A stretch of 64,000 nt of DNA from Dehalococcoidia bacterium (GTDB lineage: Bacteria > Chloroflexota > Dehalococcoidia > UBA2979), in the NCBI GenBank assembly GCA_045562675.1, contig JBJKVL010000008.1, positions 131,775 through 195,774 of the forward strand. Reading direction: 5' to 3'. Shown here piece by piece: positions 10,014 to 19,688 of this stretch. Numbering within the stretch: the stretch's first letter is position 1; every line of letters starts with the position of its first letter. The position numbers were made by a program, and so were the translations under genes. Under the pieces are notes generated by a model. That model worked only from the letters and a program-made list of their open reading frames with translations, was not told where the DNA came from and searched no databases.

Positions 10014-11051
10014 ATGAACGAAGGCAAGAAAATTAAACTTACTACATTGGCAAGCTGTGCTGGTTGAGCAGGTAAGTTAAGTCATGAGACGCTTAAACAA
10101 GTTTTGTTTAATTCAAAAGATAATAATAACGAATTACTAGTGGATAATAGCACTTTTGATGATGCTGCTGTAATAAAAATTACTGATGAGCTTGCATTAG
10201 TCCAAACAGTTGATTTTTTCCCACCAGTTGTAGATGATCCATATACCTACGGGCAAATTGCTGCATCTAATGCTCTTTCAGATGTCTATTGTATGGGCGC
10301 GAAACCATTATCCGCATTGAATATTTTAGCTATTCCTGAAGATTTAGAAAATCATTTTATTGCTGAAATTCTTGCTGGAGGCAATGCTATTGTTCAAGAA
10401 GCAGGAGCAAATATTGTAGGTGGCCATTCGATTATTGATAAGGAGCCAAAATATGGCTTAAGCGTAACTGGCATTGTGCATCCTGATAAATTAGTTACAT
10501 CTAGCAATGCAAAAATAGGCGATCAAATTATTCTTACAAAACAAATTGGGACTGGTATAGGCTTAACCGGCTTGCAGCAAGGCCAAGTTAAGCAACAATT
10601 AGAAAATGAAATGATTAGTTCAATGATTAGATTAAATTCAACGGCTTCAGATATTGCAATCAAACATAATGTACATGCAATAACTGATGTCACTGGGTTC
10701 GGTTTAGCAGGTCATTTATTCAATGTTGCCAATGCTAGCAAGGTATCTATTTCTGTTGAGCTTGCTGATGTACCACTTTTTGATGGGATTACTGACTTGA
10801 TAAAAAATGATATTTCGACTAGTGGATCAAAACGAAATGAGGAAAGCTTTTCTAAATATATTAATAATCTTGAATCCATTACAGACATTCATAAAGCCGC
10901 AATTTTTGATCCGCAGACTTCTGGCGGTCTATTATTATTCATTGATTCTAAATCAGCAAATGCCCTGGTACAAGAATTATCTGATAACGGCGAACAGGCT
11001 TCAATTATTGGAAATGTTATTAAAAAAGAAAAGAGCATCATTTATTTGTGA
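10014..11051 (+). CDS. selD: selenide, water dikinase (selenophosphate synthetase), selenocysteine-containing; in-frame TGA (Sec) at 10065-10067
   Basis: The ORF track begins at TTG 10104. The same frame reads upstream as ATG(10014) MNEGKKIKLTTLASCAG-TGA-AGKLSHETLKQVL, joining FNSKDNN...DDAAVIK...VDFFPPVVDDPYTYGQIAASNALSDVYCMGAKP. This matches E. coli SelD [25 protein letters not shown] position for position, with TGA at Cys17 and Lys at K20. Total 345 codons. Confidence 0.88.
10077..10096 (+). promoter_or_regulatory. candidate bacterial SECIS-like hairpin downstream of the selD UGA
   Basis: TTAA(10077-80)/TTAA(10093-96) outer stem and GTC(10081-83)/GAC(10088-90) inner stem. There is a 2-nt bulge and an AUGA apical loop about 17 nt after the UGA. 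The stem is AT-rich and weak, folded by eye only. Confidence 0.4.
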
Positions 11052-11070
11052 TGCTCTTTTCTTTAATTTC
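11028..11070. terminator. bidirectional rho-independent terminator between convergent selD and groEL
   Basis: Perfect 13-bp inverted repeat GAAAAGAGCATCA (11028-11040) / TGATGCTCTTTTC (11049-11061) with an 8-nt loop. T-rich tract follows on the plus strand, and an A6 tract precedes it (a T-run on the minus strand). Confidence 0.75.
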
Positions 11071-11088
11071 AATAGCGGTGTGAAGCTA

Positions 11089-12756
<1,668 letters not shown>

Positions 12757-12780
12757 TTATTCCTACTACTAAGTATATTT

Positions 12781-12796
12781 TGAGCATACATGCTCA
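12781..12796. promoter_or_regulatory. perfect palindrome TGAGCAT-AC-ATGCTCA in the groEL 5' leader
   Basis: Read directly from the sequence. It lies between the CIRCE element and the groEL ribosome-binding site. Function unknown. Confidence 0.3.
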
Positions 12797-12804
12797 TACA
12801 ATTT

Positions 12805-12831
12805 TTAGCAGTCTTTAGATAAGACTGCTAA
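12805..12831. promoter_or_regulatory. CIRCE element (HrcA operator)
   Basis: TTAGCAGTC-N9-GACTGCTAA, against the consensus TTAGCACTC-N9-GAGTGCTAA. The one change is symmetrical and preserves the inverted repeat. Located 52-78 nt upstream of the groEL start. Confidence 0.8.
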
Positions 12832-12899
12832 AATAGTTTCTTTAATACACCAATATAGCGCAAGGGGTTTATAAAATTTTTTCTGTAATTGTGAGAGCT

Positions 12900-13244
12900 T
12901 TAAAGTTTTCTAATTTTATTTAGTGGCCAATATCTTAGTACTGCTTTTCCTATAATTAACTCTTTTTTTATATATCCAAACTTTCGGCTATCATAACTAT
13001 CAGCCTTATTATTACCAAGAACATAAAATTCTTTTTCAGTTGTTGAATTGATTGAATCTATTCTTTTGATTAATAACTCTTTATTTATTGGATCTTCAAG
13101 TAGAATTATTTCATTTAATTGAAGATGATCAGTATTGATATTTACATTAATAAGAATCCAATCACCATGATTGATAAGAGGCATCATTGAATGACCACTA
13201 ATTTTTACATTCATAAACTTGTTCAATTTATTCAATATTTTCAA
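12900..13244 (-). CDS. sodX: S26-family signal-peptidase-like NiSOD maturation protease
   Basis: 114 aa. Catalytic-Ser context GHSMMPLI, and it lies immediately downstream of sodN. Confidence 0.75.
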   Translation of the reverse strand: MKILNKLNKFMNVKISGHSMMPLINHGDWILINVNINTDHLQLNEIILLEDPINKELLIKRIDSINSTTEKEFYVLGNNKADSYDSRKFGYIKKELIIGKAVLRYWPLNKIRKL

Positions 13245-13275
13245 TAACGCCTCTTACTAACTATCAAGAGCAGCT

Positions 13276-13707
13276 TTATTTTTTTGATTCCCAAAAAATA
13301 TTTGCAAAATCAGCTACTTGTTCTCTAAGTTTTTTAGCATCATCAATGTTTGTGCCAACACGACAAGCTGAAGCAGTTTTAAGAATGTTCCAAGTTTTGT
13401 CATGTAAGTCAGGATATTGTTCCAAATGTGGCGGCTTAAAGTAATCACCCCATATGATCCTTATTTCATGCTTAACAATTTCAGCATGTTTTTCTTTCAC
13501 ATCAACATATCTTGCAAAAGAATTCATTGCTTCTTTTGAGTTAATTTCGCCAAGGTCAGCAATTAAAGCCATCATCTTTTCTACTGTCTCAGCAGCTACT
13601 TCAGCTGCCTTTGGATCGTAAATTCCACAAGGAATGTCACAGTGAGCAAATACAATAGTCTTTGGCTGCATTTTTACAATGATTTTATTAATCAAATTAT
13701 ATTTCAT
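13276..13707 (-). CDS. sodN: nickel-containing superoxide dismutase precursor
   Basis: Nickel-hook sequence HCDIPCGIYDP follows a short propeptide (...TIVFA|HCD). The start may instead be the internal ATG (MQPKTIVFA). Confidence 0.9.
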   Translation of the reverse strand: MKYNLINKIIVKMQPKTIVFAHCDIPCGIYDPKAAEVAAETVEKMMALIADLGEINSKEAMNSFARYVDVKEKHAEIVKHEIRIIWGDYFKPPHLEQYPDLHDKTWNILKTASACRVGTNIDDAKKLREQVADFANIFWESKK

Positions 13708-13854
13708 TTAATTTTTCCTCCATAAAGATTCTATGCTCTTTATTTTTTGATTTATTTATATATATTAAACCTTAGTGAAAAGTTCAATGCATTATCAAGA
13801 ATTTGCTGACATTTCTTCACAAAATGTATTATATTTTTCATATAAGGAGTTGAA

Positions 13855-14163
13855 ATGAGAAGACACGTATATAATTTTAAATTTAAAGAAGATACATCTG
13901 AAGCAGCAATTCAAGAAATCATTGCTGCCTTTGAAGCCGAGTATATGTCTAATAAAGGAATGACTCATTTTTCTATGGGTCAAAATATATCTGAATCTAA
14001 GCGGCCCAAAAGATTTAATTGGATCATGACAATGGATTTTGAAACTTATGAATCTTTTAGAGATTATGAGGATAGTCCCAAGCACCAGGATATTAAGAAC
14101 TTATTGCATCCAGTTCTGGAGGATATTATGGGTACTGATTATAATATTGGATCAATGACTTAA
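13855..14163 (+). CDS. Dabb (stress-responsive alpha/beta barrel) domain protein
   Basis: 102 aa. MRRHVYNFKFKEDTSEAAIQEI...DFETYESFRDYEDSPKHQ is the typical Dabb pattern. Confidence 0.7.
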   Translation: MRRHVYNFKFKEDTSEAAIQEIIAAFEAEYMSNKGMTHFSMGQNISESKRPKRFNWIMTMDFETYESFRDYEDSPKHQDIKNLLHPVLEDIMGTDYNIGSMT

Positions 14164-14190
14164 AAAATAAGTGAATATTTACTTATTTTT
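14163..14190. terminator. weak AT-rich hairpin between convergent Dabb and nuoB-like genes
   Basis: AAAAATAAGT (14163-14172) / ACTTATTTTT (14181-14190) with an 8-nt loop. The stem is almost entirely A/T, so stability is low. Confidence 0.3.
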
Positions 14191-14796
14191 ATCAAACATT
14201 GATTCTAATTCAATTCTTATAGGATCATTAGCAGGAAGATATTTAGAATAGTCTCCGTTTGGTTCCTTTCTTTCTCTTTCGCCTGTTTTTTCGTATTGCT
14301 TTATTCTCTCTTGCAGTAGCATTAGTCCTTGCAGTAAAGATTCAGGTCTTGGTGGGCAGCCTGGCACATAAACATCTACTGGTGAGATTAAATTGACTCC
14401 TGGTAGTACGGAATATGCATAAGCAAATGGTCCTCCCATCGTCGCGCAGCCTCCCATGGATATGACCCACTTAGGTTCTGCCATTTGCAAGTAAATTCTT
14501 CTTACAACTGGCGCCATTTTCCAGGTTACTGTTCCTGCAACAATCATTAAATCAGACTGCCTCGGAGATGCACGAAATACTTCTGAGCCAAATCTTGATA
14601 TGTCATATCGAGATGATGCCGAGGCTATCATCTCTATTGCGCAACATGCTAGACCAAAAGTGACTGGCCACAGGGAAGAAGATCGAGCCCATTTAACAAT
14701 GTTATCTACAGAAGTTAACAAGACATTCTTACGAACTTCTTCTTCAATTGCTTCATTTGTATTTTCTTGAATTCCAGGCAAAACTATATCAGTCAT
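14179..14796 (-). CDS. nuoB: NADH-quinone oxidoreductase subunit B (NuoB/20 kDa) homolog, orphan copy
   Basis: 205 aa. N2-cluster ligand motifs [19 protein letters not shown] and VPGCPPRPE. No other nuo genes are nearby. Has a C-terminal charged extension of about 40 aa. Confidence 0.8.
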   Translation of the reverse strand: MTDIVLPGIQENTNEAIEEEVRKNVLLTSVDNIVKWARSSSLWPVTFGLACCAIEMIASASSRYDISRFGSEVFRASPRQSDLMIVAGTVTWKMAPVVRRIYLQMAEPKWVISMGGCATMGGPFAYAYSVLPGVNLISPVDVYVPGCPPRPESLLQGLMLLQERIKQYEKTGERERKEPNGDYSKYLPANDPIRIELESMFDKNK

Positions 14797-14829
14797 TTGT
14801 TCCTCATTTAATTTAATAATAAATAAATA

Positions 14830-16044
14830 CTAGCTATCTAACCATTCACTTTGATTTTTTTTTGAAATATTTTTTTGAGAGGACAGTGCACGCAAGTTTG
14901 TTATAATTTCTGGAAGTATCTTTTTAATATGTTGAATATCATTTCGCGTATTTGCTCTACCAAAACTTAACCTTAATGAGCCTCTAGCTAAATCAGAAGG
15001 AATACCCATTGCGGTTAATACGTGGCTAGGCTCAATAGATCCCGTAGAGCATGCTGATCCAGATGATGCACAAATGCCCTGCATATCTAGTCCTAGCAAT
15101 ATTGCCTCACCTTCAATGCCATCAATAATAAGAGACAACATTCCAGGTATCCTCTGGTTTGGATCCTTTGGCCCCGTAAATCCAATACCAGAAATTTCTC
15201 GACTAATAAAATTTTTTAATTCTTCAAAAAGTTCTTGATCGCGATTAATATCAAGCTTTCTTTGCTGAACTGATATTTCCATTGCTTTTGCGAGTCCAAT
15301 TATTGCAGCTACATTTTCTGTACCGGCACGAATATTTTTTTCTTGTCCACCTCCAATAATTTGGGGGACTATTTTTATACCATTTTTAATATAAAGGACA
15401 CCAGCACCTCTTGGACCATAAAATTTATGACCAGTAAAAGATAATAAATCGACTCCCAATTCTTTTACATCTATTGGAAAATGCGCAACATATTGTACTG
15501 AGTCACTATGTACAATAATTTTGGGATTGCGTGCTTTGATTTTTTCTGTAATCAGTTTAATGTCATTAATAGCACCCACTTCATTATTTGCATGCATAAT
15601 TGAAACCAACTTTGTATCCTTTGTGATAGATTCTAAAACTTTATCAGCCAGAATTTCGCCTTCTTTATTTGGATGCACATGTGAAAAAGTAATTTTCTTT
15701 TGATTAGATAGCATTTCTATAGGATCAATGACTGCATGATGTTCTACTGATGAAGTAACAATATGAATATTTTCATTTTCAAAACTTTCAACAACTCCAC
15801 GTATTGCTAAATTATTTGATTCTGATCCACCAGATGTGAAAAATATTTCTTCAGGAATTGCTCCAATAAAATTTGCAATATCTTCCCTAGATTTTTGAAT
15901 TGCATTAGATGCTCTTTGACCTTCAATATAAATTGATGATGGGTTATGCCAATTGTTCAGCATATAATTTTGCATTGCTTCAATAACTGTTTTATCTACA
16001 GGTGTTGTTGCTGCATGATCAAGGTAGATTCTTTGATTTACCAT
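14830..16044 (-). CDS. cysteine desulfurase, NifS/IscS class I
   Basis: 404 aa. PLP lysine in FTGHKFYGPRGAGVLY and active-site loop SSGSACSTG. Confidence 0.88.
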   Translation of the reverse strand: MVNQRIYLDHAATTPVDKTVIEAMQNYMLNNWHNPSSIYIEGQRASNAIQKSREDIANFIGAIPEEIFFTSGGSESNNLAIRGVVESFENENIHIVTSSVEHHAVIDPIEMLSNQKKITFSHVHPNKEGEILADKVLESITKDTKLVSIMHANNEVGAINDIKLITEKIKARNPKIIVHSDSVQYVAHFPIDVKELGVDLLSFTGHKFYGPRGAGVLYIKNGIKIVPQIIGGGQEKNIRAGTENVAAIIGLAKAMEISVQQRKLDINRDQELFEELKNFISREISGIGFTGPKDPNQRIPGMLSLIIDGIEGEAILLGLDMQGICASSGSACSTGSIEPSHVLTAMGIPSDLARGSLRLSFGRANTRNDIQHIKKILPEIITNLRALSSQKNISKKNQSEWLDS

Positions 16045-16189
16045 TTTGCTCCTACAAAATAAAATCGATAATTGTTTTTATTTTAATAAATCAACTTCTT
16101 TAATTCGTTGTTGAGTAAAAATAATTTATGATTTATTATTTTAAGTAGGTTTTATTAAATTTATATTTATGGTTAAAGGAGCATTGCTA

Positions 16190-16636
16190 ATGAACAGGGA
16201 TTTAACAGCTAGTTCGAATGATACTAGTTCTGAAAGCAGAGATCTAACAATGAGCTCACCTTTGGTAAATACCACTAAAGAAATTGTTAACATTACTACT
16301 TTTGCCGCTGAAAAAGCAAAAGCGTTAATGAAAGATCGCGATCTTGAAGATGCCGCATTAAGAGTTTTTGTTACTCCTGGAGGGTGCGCAGGCTATGAGT
16401 ATGGTATGGCCATTGCAGAGACTGTTGAAGTATCAGATAAACTAATTGAAAATAATGGTCTAAAAATTGTTATTGACAATGCAGCAGTTCCATTAGTGAA
16501 TGGTATGGAAATTGATTATGTTGATGATATTATGAAATCAGGTTTTACAATTAACAACCCTAATGCCACAGCCTCCTGTAAGTGTGGGACTTCATTTAAA
16601 ACTGCCAATGATTCTGGCCAAGCTAGATCTTGCTAG
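16190..16636 (+). CDS. A-type iron-sulfur cluster carrier (IscA/ErpA/HesB family)
   Basis: C-terminal CKCGTSF and GGCAGYEYGM motifs. Start chosen at ATG 16190, which has AAGGAG 8 nt upstream. The ORF track starts at 16169. Confidence 0.82.
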   Translation: MNRDLTASSNDTSSESRDLTMSSPLVNTTKEIVNITTFAAEKAKALMKDRDLEDAALRVFVTPGGCAGYEYGMAIAETVEVSDKLIENNGLKIVIDNAAVPLVNGMEIDYVDDIMKSGFTINNPNATASCKCGTSFKTANDSGQARSC

Positions 16637-16660
16637 TTCAGTAAATTATTGGACTAGATA

Positions 16661-17149
16661 GTGACTTCATCAAGACCGGATCCAAGAAACTCTGATTGGG
16701 ACAATGTAGATTACTGGAATGACAGGATAAAAACTGTTGTCGGGGGATCGGTGCCTATAATATTTGAAAAAGTTTCTTTAGAAGAAGTGATATTAAGTTT
16801 AGAAGTTGATAAGCGTTCCCATCAGCCGAGTGGAATTTTACACGGAGGGATTTCTGTTTTACTTGCTGAGACAGCTGCTTCAGTTGCTGCGCACAGAAAT
16901 TCAACTCCAGACAAAAAAATTGTTGGCTTAGAAATTAATGCGAATCATATACGTTCTGTTTCTAAAGGAACAGTTTATGCAAAAGCAACAGCAATACATG
17001 TTGGTCGCTCAACGCAAATATGGTCTATAAGAATTTCAGATACTCAAGATCGCACTGTATGTCTTTCCCGTTGTACAATTGCTGTGTTGAATAAAAATCC
17101 AGGCGATATTGAAGAAGATATTCCAGAAAAATATAAAGTTATAAAATAA
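16661..17149 (+). CDS. PaaI/YdiI-type hotdog-fold thioesterase
   Basis: HQPSGILHGGISVLLAETAAS motif. 162 aa. Confidence 0.75.
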   Translation: MTSSRPDPRNSDWDNVDYWNDRIKTVVGGSVPIIFEKVSLEEVILSLEVDKRSHQPSGILHGGISVLLAETAASVAAHRNSTPDKKIVGLEINANHIRSVSKGTVYAKATAIHVGRSTQIWSIRISDTQDRTVCLSRCTIAVLNKNPGDIEEDIPEKYKVIK

Positions 17150-17162
17150 AGGAGCATGCAGG

Positions 17163-17690
17163 ATGAATGAGCAAGCAGGTTATAATTTGCAGAAATTTAC
17201 TTCACAATTCATATGTGAGTTAATTGAAAAATTCATTGATTTGGTAAGTGATTGCTCTGAAGATGACTTACATAAAACACCCAACACCGATTCAAATCAC
17301 ATAGGTTTTTTGACTTGGCACGTTATGCGCTCTATAGATAATGTCATATTTTTTGCCTTTGATAGAGAAAAACCTATTTGGCTGCAAAATCAATACGAGC
17401 AATCCATGTCTTTACCTAAAGTCCATCAAGGGACTGACTATTCTTTAGAAGAGGCACAGGATTTAAAAATTATAAAAAAGGAATTACTAATTAATTATTG
17501 CAATGATTTAAAGGATGCGATTGATAAAAAACTTAGTAATGTGTCTGATGATTATCTTTTTACAATAATTAAAGTTGTTCCTTGGGGTGAGATTACTCGC
17601 TTAGAATCTATTGGCAAGATGATGATTGCGCATGGTAACGAGCATCTTGGTGAAGCACAAAACATTTATTCTATTATTAAAAAACATTAA
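17163..17690 (+). CDS. DinB-family (four-helix bundle) protein
   Basis: 175 aa. His-containing helices LTWHVMRSIDN and AHGNEHLGEA are typical of DinB/YfiT-like proteins. Confidence 0.6.
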   Translation: MNEQAGYNLQKFTSQFICELIEKFIDLVSDCSEDDLHKTPNTDSNHIGFLTWHVMRSIDNVIFFAFDREKPIWLQNQYEQSMSLPKVHQGTDYSLEEAQDLKIIKKELLINYCNDLKDAIDKKLSNVSDDYLFTIIKVVPWGEITRLESIGKMMIAHGNEHLGEAQNIYSIIKKH

Positions 17691-17705
17691 CAACGAGATA
17701 TACGA

Positions 17706-18566
17706 ATGAGTTTAGAGCCACTTCCTTTAGTAGTTTTATTAGGCATGCTGCAATTTGTTTTTGGCGGTTATGTTTTTATTGCAATGATTCAAAAAGAATT
17801 AGTAGTTGCGAGCTCAAGAAAAGGCTTTGTGACAGCGTTATGTGTCACTTATGTTCCATTTACATATTTAATGCTATTTATGTCATTCAGTATAGTTGAT
17901 CAGATTGATCAACTATATTTTATAAGTTTTGGTGGATCACGCACAATTTTGCAATTTTCTTTTGTATTAATGGTTCTATTTTCTAGTATGCATTTTTTAA
18001 CAGTTTGGCGTGCTGGTTCTAAAAAAATACTATCTTCCTTAAAGTTAAGAATAGCTATAAATAATTTATTAATAGCATTATCTATCGCAATTCTTTTTAT
18101 AATCTTTCTTAGTTTTAAAACAACGATATTAGGACTAGTTTTCTTAGTTTTACATTCTGTCATAGCTGGTTTAATGCTAGGTGGTGCAAATACAGCAATG
18201 ACATGGGGGCATTGGTATCTTGTCACTCCAAGCTTACCAAAAGAACCACTTGTATTTTTAACTGGCCTATTAATGAAAGTTATTTTTGTGAGTTTTTTAT
18301 TTTTTATATTAATGATGGTATTCCAATACGAAGTTCTTTCATTAACAAAAAATAATGCATTAAATTATATTAATAATCCTGCGTTGTGGTTACGTTTTTT
18401 AGTCGGGATAGGCCTCACTTTTCCTTTAGTTTATTTTGCATTTAAGGCCGCTCAAATTAATGGGATGATGACAGCTACTGGATTACTCTATCTTGCGTTA
18501 GGAGCAATATTAGCTGGAGCGTTTTTATCTAATGCTTTGCTTTTTGAGATAGGTATTCCGACTTAA
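17706..18566 (+). CDS. polytopic membrane protein of unknown function
   Basis: 286 aa with about 8 hydrophobic segments. I do not recognise a family. Confidence 0.5.
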   Translation: MSLEPLPLVVLLGMLQFVFGGYVFIAMIQKELVVASSRKGFVTALCVTYVPFTYLMLFMSFSIVDQIDQLYFISFGGSRTILQFSFVLMVLFSSMHFLTVWRAGSKKILSSLKLRIAINNLLIALSIAILFIIFLSFKTTILGLVFLVLHSVIAGLMLGGANTAMTWGHWYLVTPSLPKEPLVFLTGLLMKVIFVSFLFFILMMVFQYEVLSLTKNNALNYINNPALWLRFLVGIGLTFPLVYFAFKAAQINGMMTATGLLYLALGAILAGAFLSNALLFEIGIPT

Positions 18567-19654
18567 GATGACTGATTATTCTCTTCAGCTAATCTATTAT
18601 TAATATATGTCAGCATTTCTTTTATAAATGCATATGTTGGCAAGATTACTAAAAGACCAAAGAAACCAAATAAATATCCTGCCACAATTAAAAGAATGAC
18701 AATAACTGCAGGTTGCACATCGATTGTATCAGAATGTACTTTTGGCACAAGAATTAAATTTTCAATCATTTGAATAGCAAAATAAATAAATATTACAGGA
18801 AGAGTTAGGCTGGGATCAAAGCTTAAAACTATTAATAATGCAGGTATTAAAGCAATCCATGGACCAATTACGGGAATTAACTCAGTGACTCCTCCTATTA
18901 CACCCAATGCAAATGACATCGGCAAATTAATTATTGTAAGCGAAATACCAATTGCAGTTCCTACAACTAAGGCTAAAAGAAATTGTCCTCTTAAATAATT
19001 ACCAAAAATCTTTTCAAATTTTGAAAGAATAAAATTGATATCAGTATGCATGAAAGCTGGAAAAGTAGATATTATATTTTTTTTGTGCAAGGTCCCATCT
19101 CGTAACACATAAAACATCCAAAATGGCACTATTAAAAATCCTAGAATTATTGCAATAGTATTAGTTAGATAGCTAATTAAGTTTTTTGAAAAATCAGTAA
19201 AAAACTCAGTAAACGTTACGCTCATGTCTGATAAATAATTATCTATTTGCAACTGAGTTTCTATAGGCACTTGATTTCTATATTGATTTATTAAATTGAT
19301 AAATTCAAGTCTTGCTTTTTCTGTCAAAATTGGTAAATCATTAGTAAATTGTCTAAATTGATTTGAAATACCATCGCCAATAATAATAATAAATAGTGAT
19401 ATCATGACAACAAGTAGGCCATAAACAATAAATATTGCAAAAATCTTTTTGACATAGTCTGTACCAAATTTAATACGAATTAATGCATTAGTTAATCTTT
19501 TAGTTAATGGCTCTAAGCTGTAAGCCAGTATTGCTCCAACAAAAAAGGGTATTAGTGGTGTGCGAGCAAGCCAAAGCAGCACGATAATCATTATGCTTAC
19601 TGAAATCCATAAAGTTAATAGAAATTTGTTATAAGTCATATTGTTAACAAGCAT
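18563..19654 (-). CDS. AI-2E family transporter (PerM/YhhT-like permease)
   Basis: Multi-TM protein with ELIPVIGPWIALIPALL, typical of AI-2E. The ORF-track start at 19753 overlaps the upstream gene, so the internal ATG at 19654 (or 19639) is more likely. Confidence 0.7.
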   Translation of the reverse strand: MLVNNMTYNKFLLTLWISVSIMIIVLLWLARTPLIPFFVGAILAYSLEPLTKRLTNALIRIKFGTDYVKKIFAIFIVYGLLVVMISLFIIIIGDGISNQFRQFTNDLPILTEKARLEFINLINQYRNQVPIETQLQIDNYLSDMSVTFTEFFTDFSKNLISYLTNTIAIILGFLIVPFWMFYVLRDGTLHKKNIISTFPAFMHTDINFILSKFEKIFGNYLRGQFLLALVVGTAIGISLTIINLPMSFALGVIGGVTELIPVIGPWIALIPALLIVLSFDPSLTLPVIFIYFAIQMIENLILVPKVHSDTIDVQPAVIVILLIVAGYLFGFFGLLVILPTYAFIKEMLTYINNRLAEENNQSS

Positions 19655-19688
19655 TTCATCGATTATTACAAAACAACGGTGCAGATTA

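Noticed and set aside
9920-10027. N-terminal extensions given by the ORF track for nth. The same applies to the AI-2E permease to 19753, PrpD-like to 33998, CoA-transferase to 48454, SDR from 62097, PHP from 40714, and MaoC from 41828.
   Set aside because: The extensions are hydrophobic or low-complexity, overlap neighbouring genes, and precede internal ATG/GTG codons where the family-conserved sequence begins. Shorter coordinates were therefore used.
10065-10067. The two in-frame TGAs (10065 and 57019) might reflect a reassigned genetic code (TGA read as Trp or Gly), or simple pseudogenisation.
   Set aside because: TGA clearly terminates several genes at conserved C-termini or in classic ATGA/TGA overlaps, for example argD at 3142, sufD at 27349 and the gene ends at 43532, 44026, 45129, 48372 and 61629. 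Both internal TGAs fall exactly on catalytic Cys positions of families with known Sec forms. The flanking sequence is conserved-looking on both sides. Sec recoding therefore explains the data better.
13795-14085. A 96-aa minus-strand ORF overlapping the Dabb gene.
   Set aside because: The plus-strand ORF has a clear Dabb-domain pattern, while the minus-strand translation has no family features. It is treated as spurious.
16634-16663. ORFs 16169-16636 and 16661-17149 share a frame, as do 17163/17706, 14830/14179, 37093/35920 and 50347/49288. These could be further read-through or selenoprotein candidates.
   Set aside because: The separating stops are TAG or TAA, not TGA. The flanking proteins are complete members of unrelated families.
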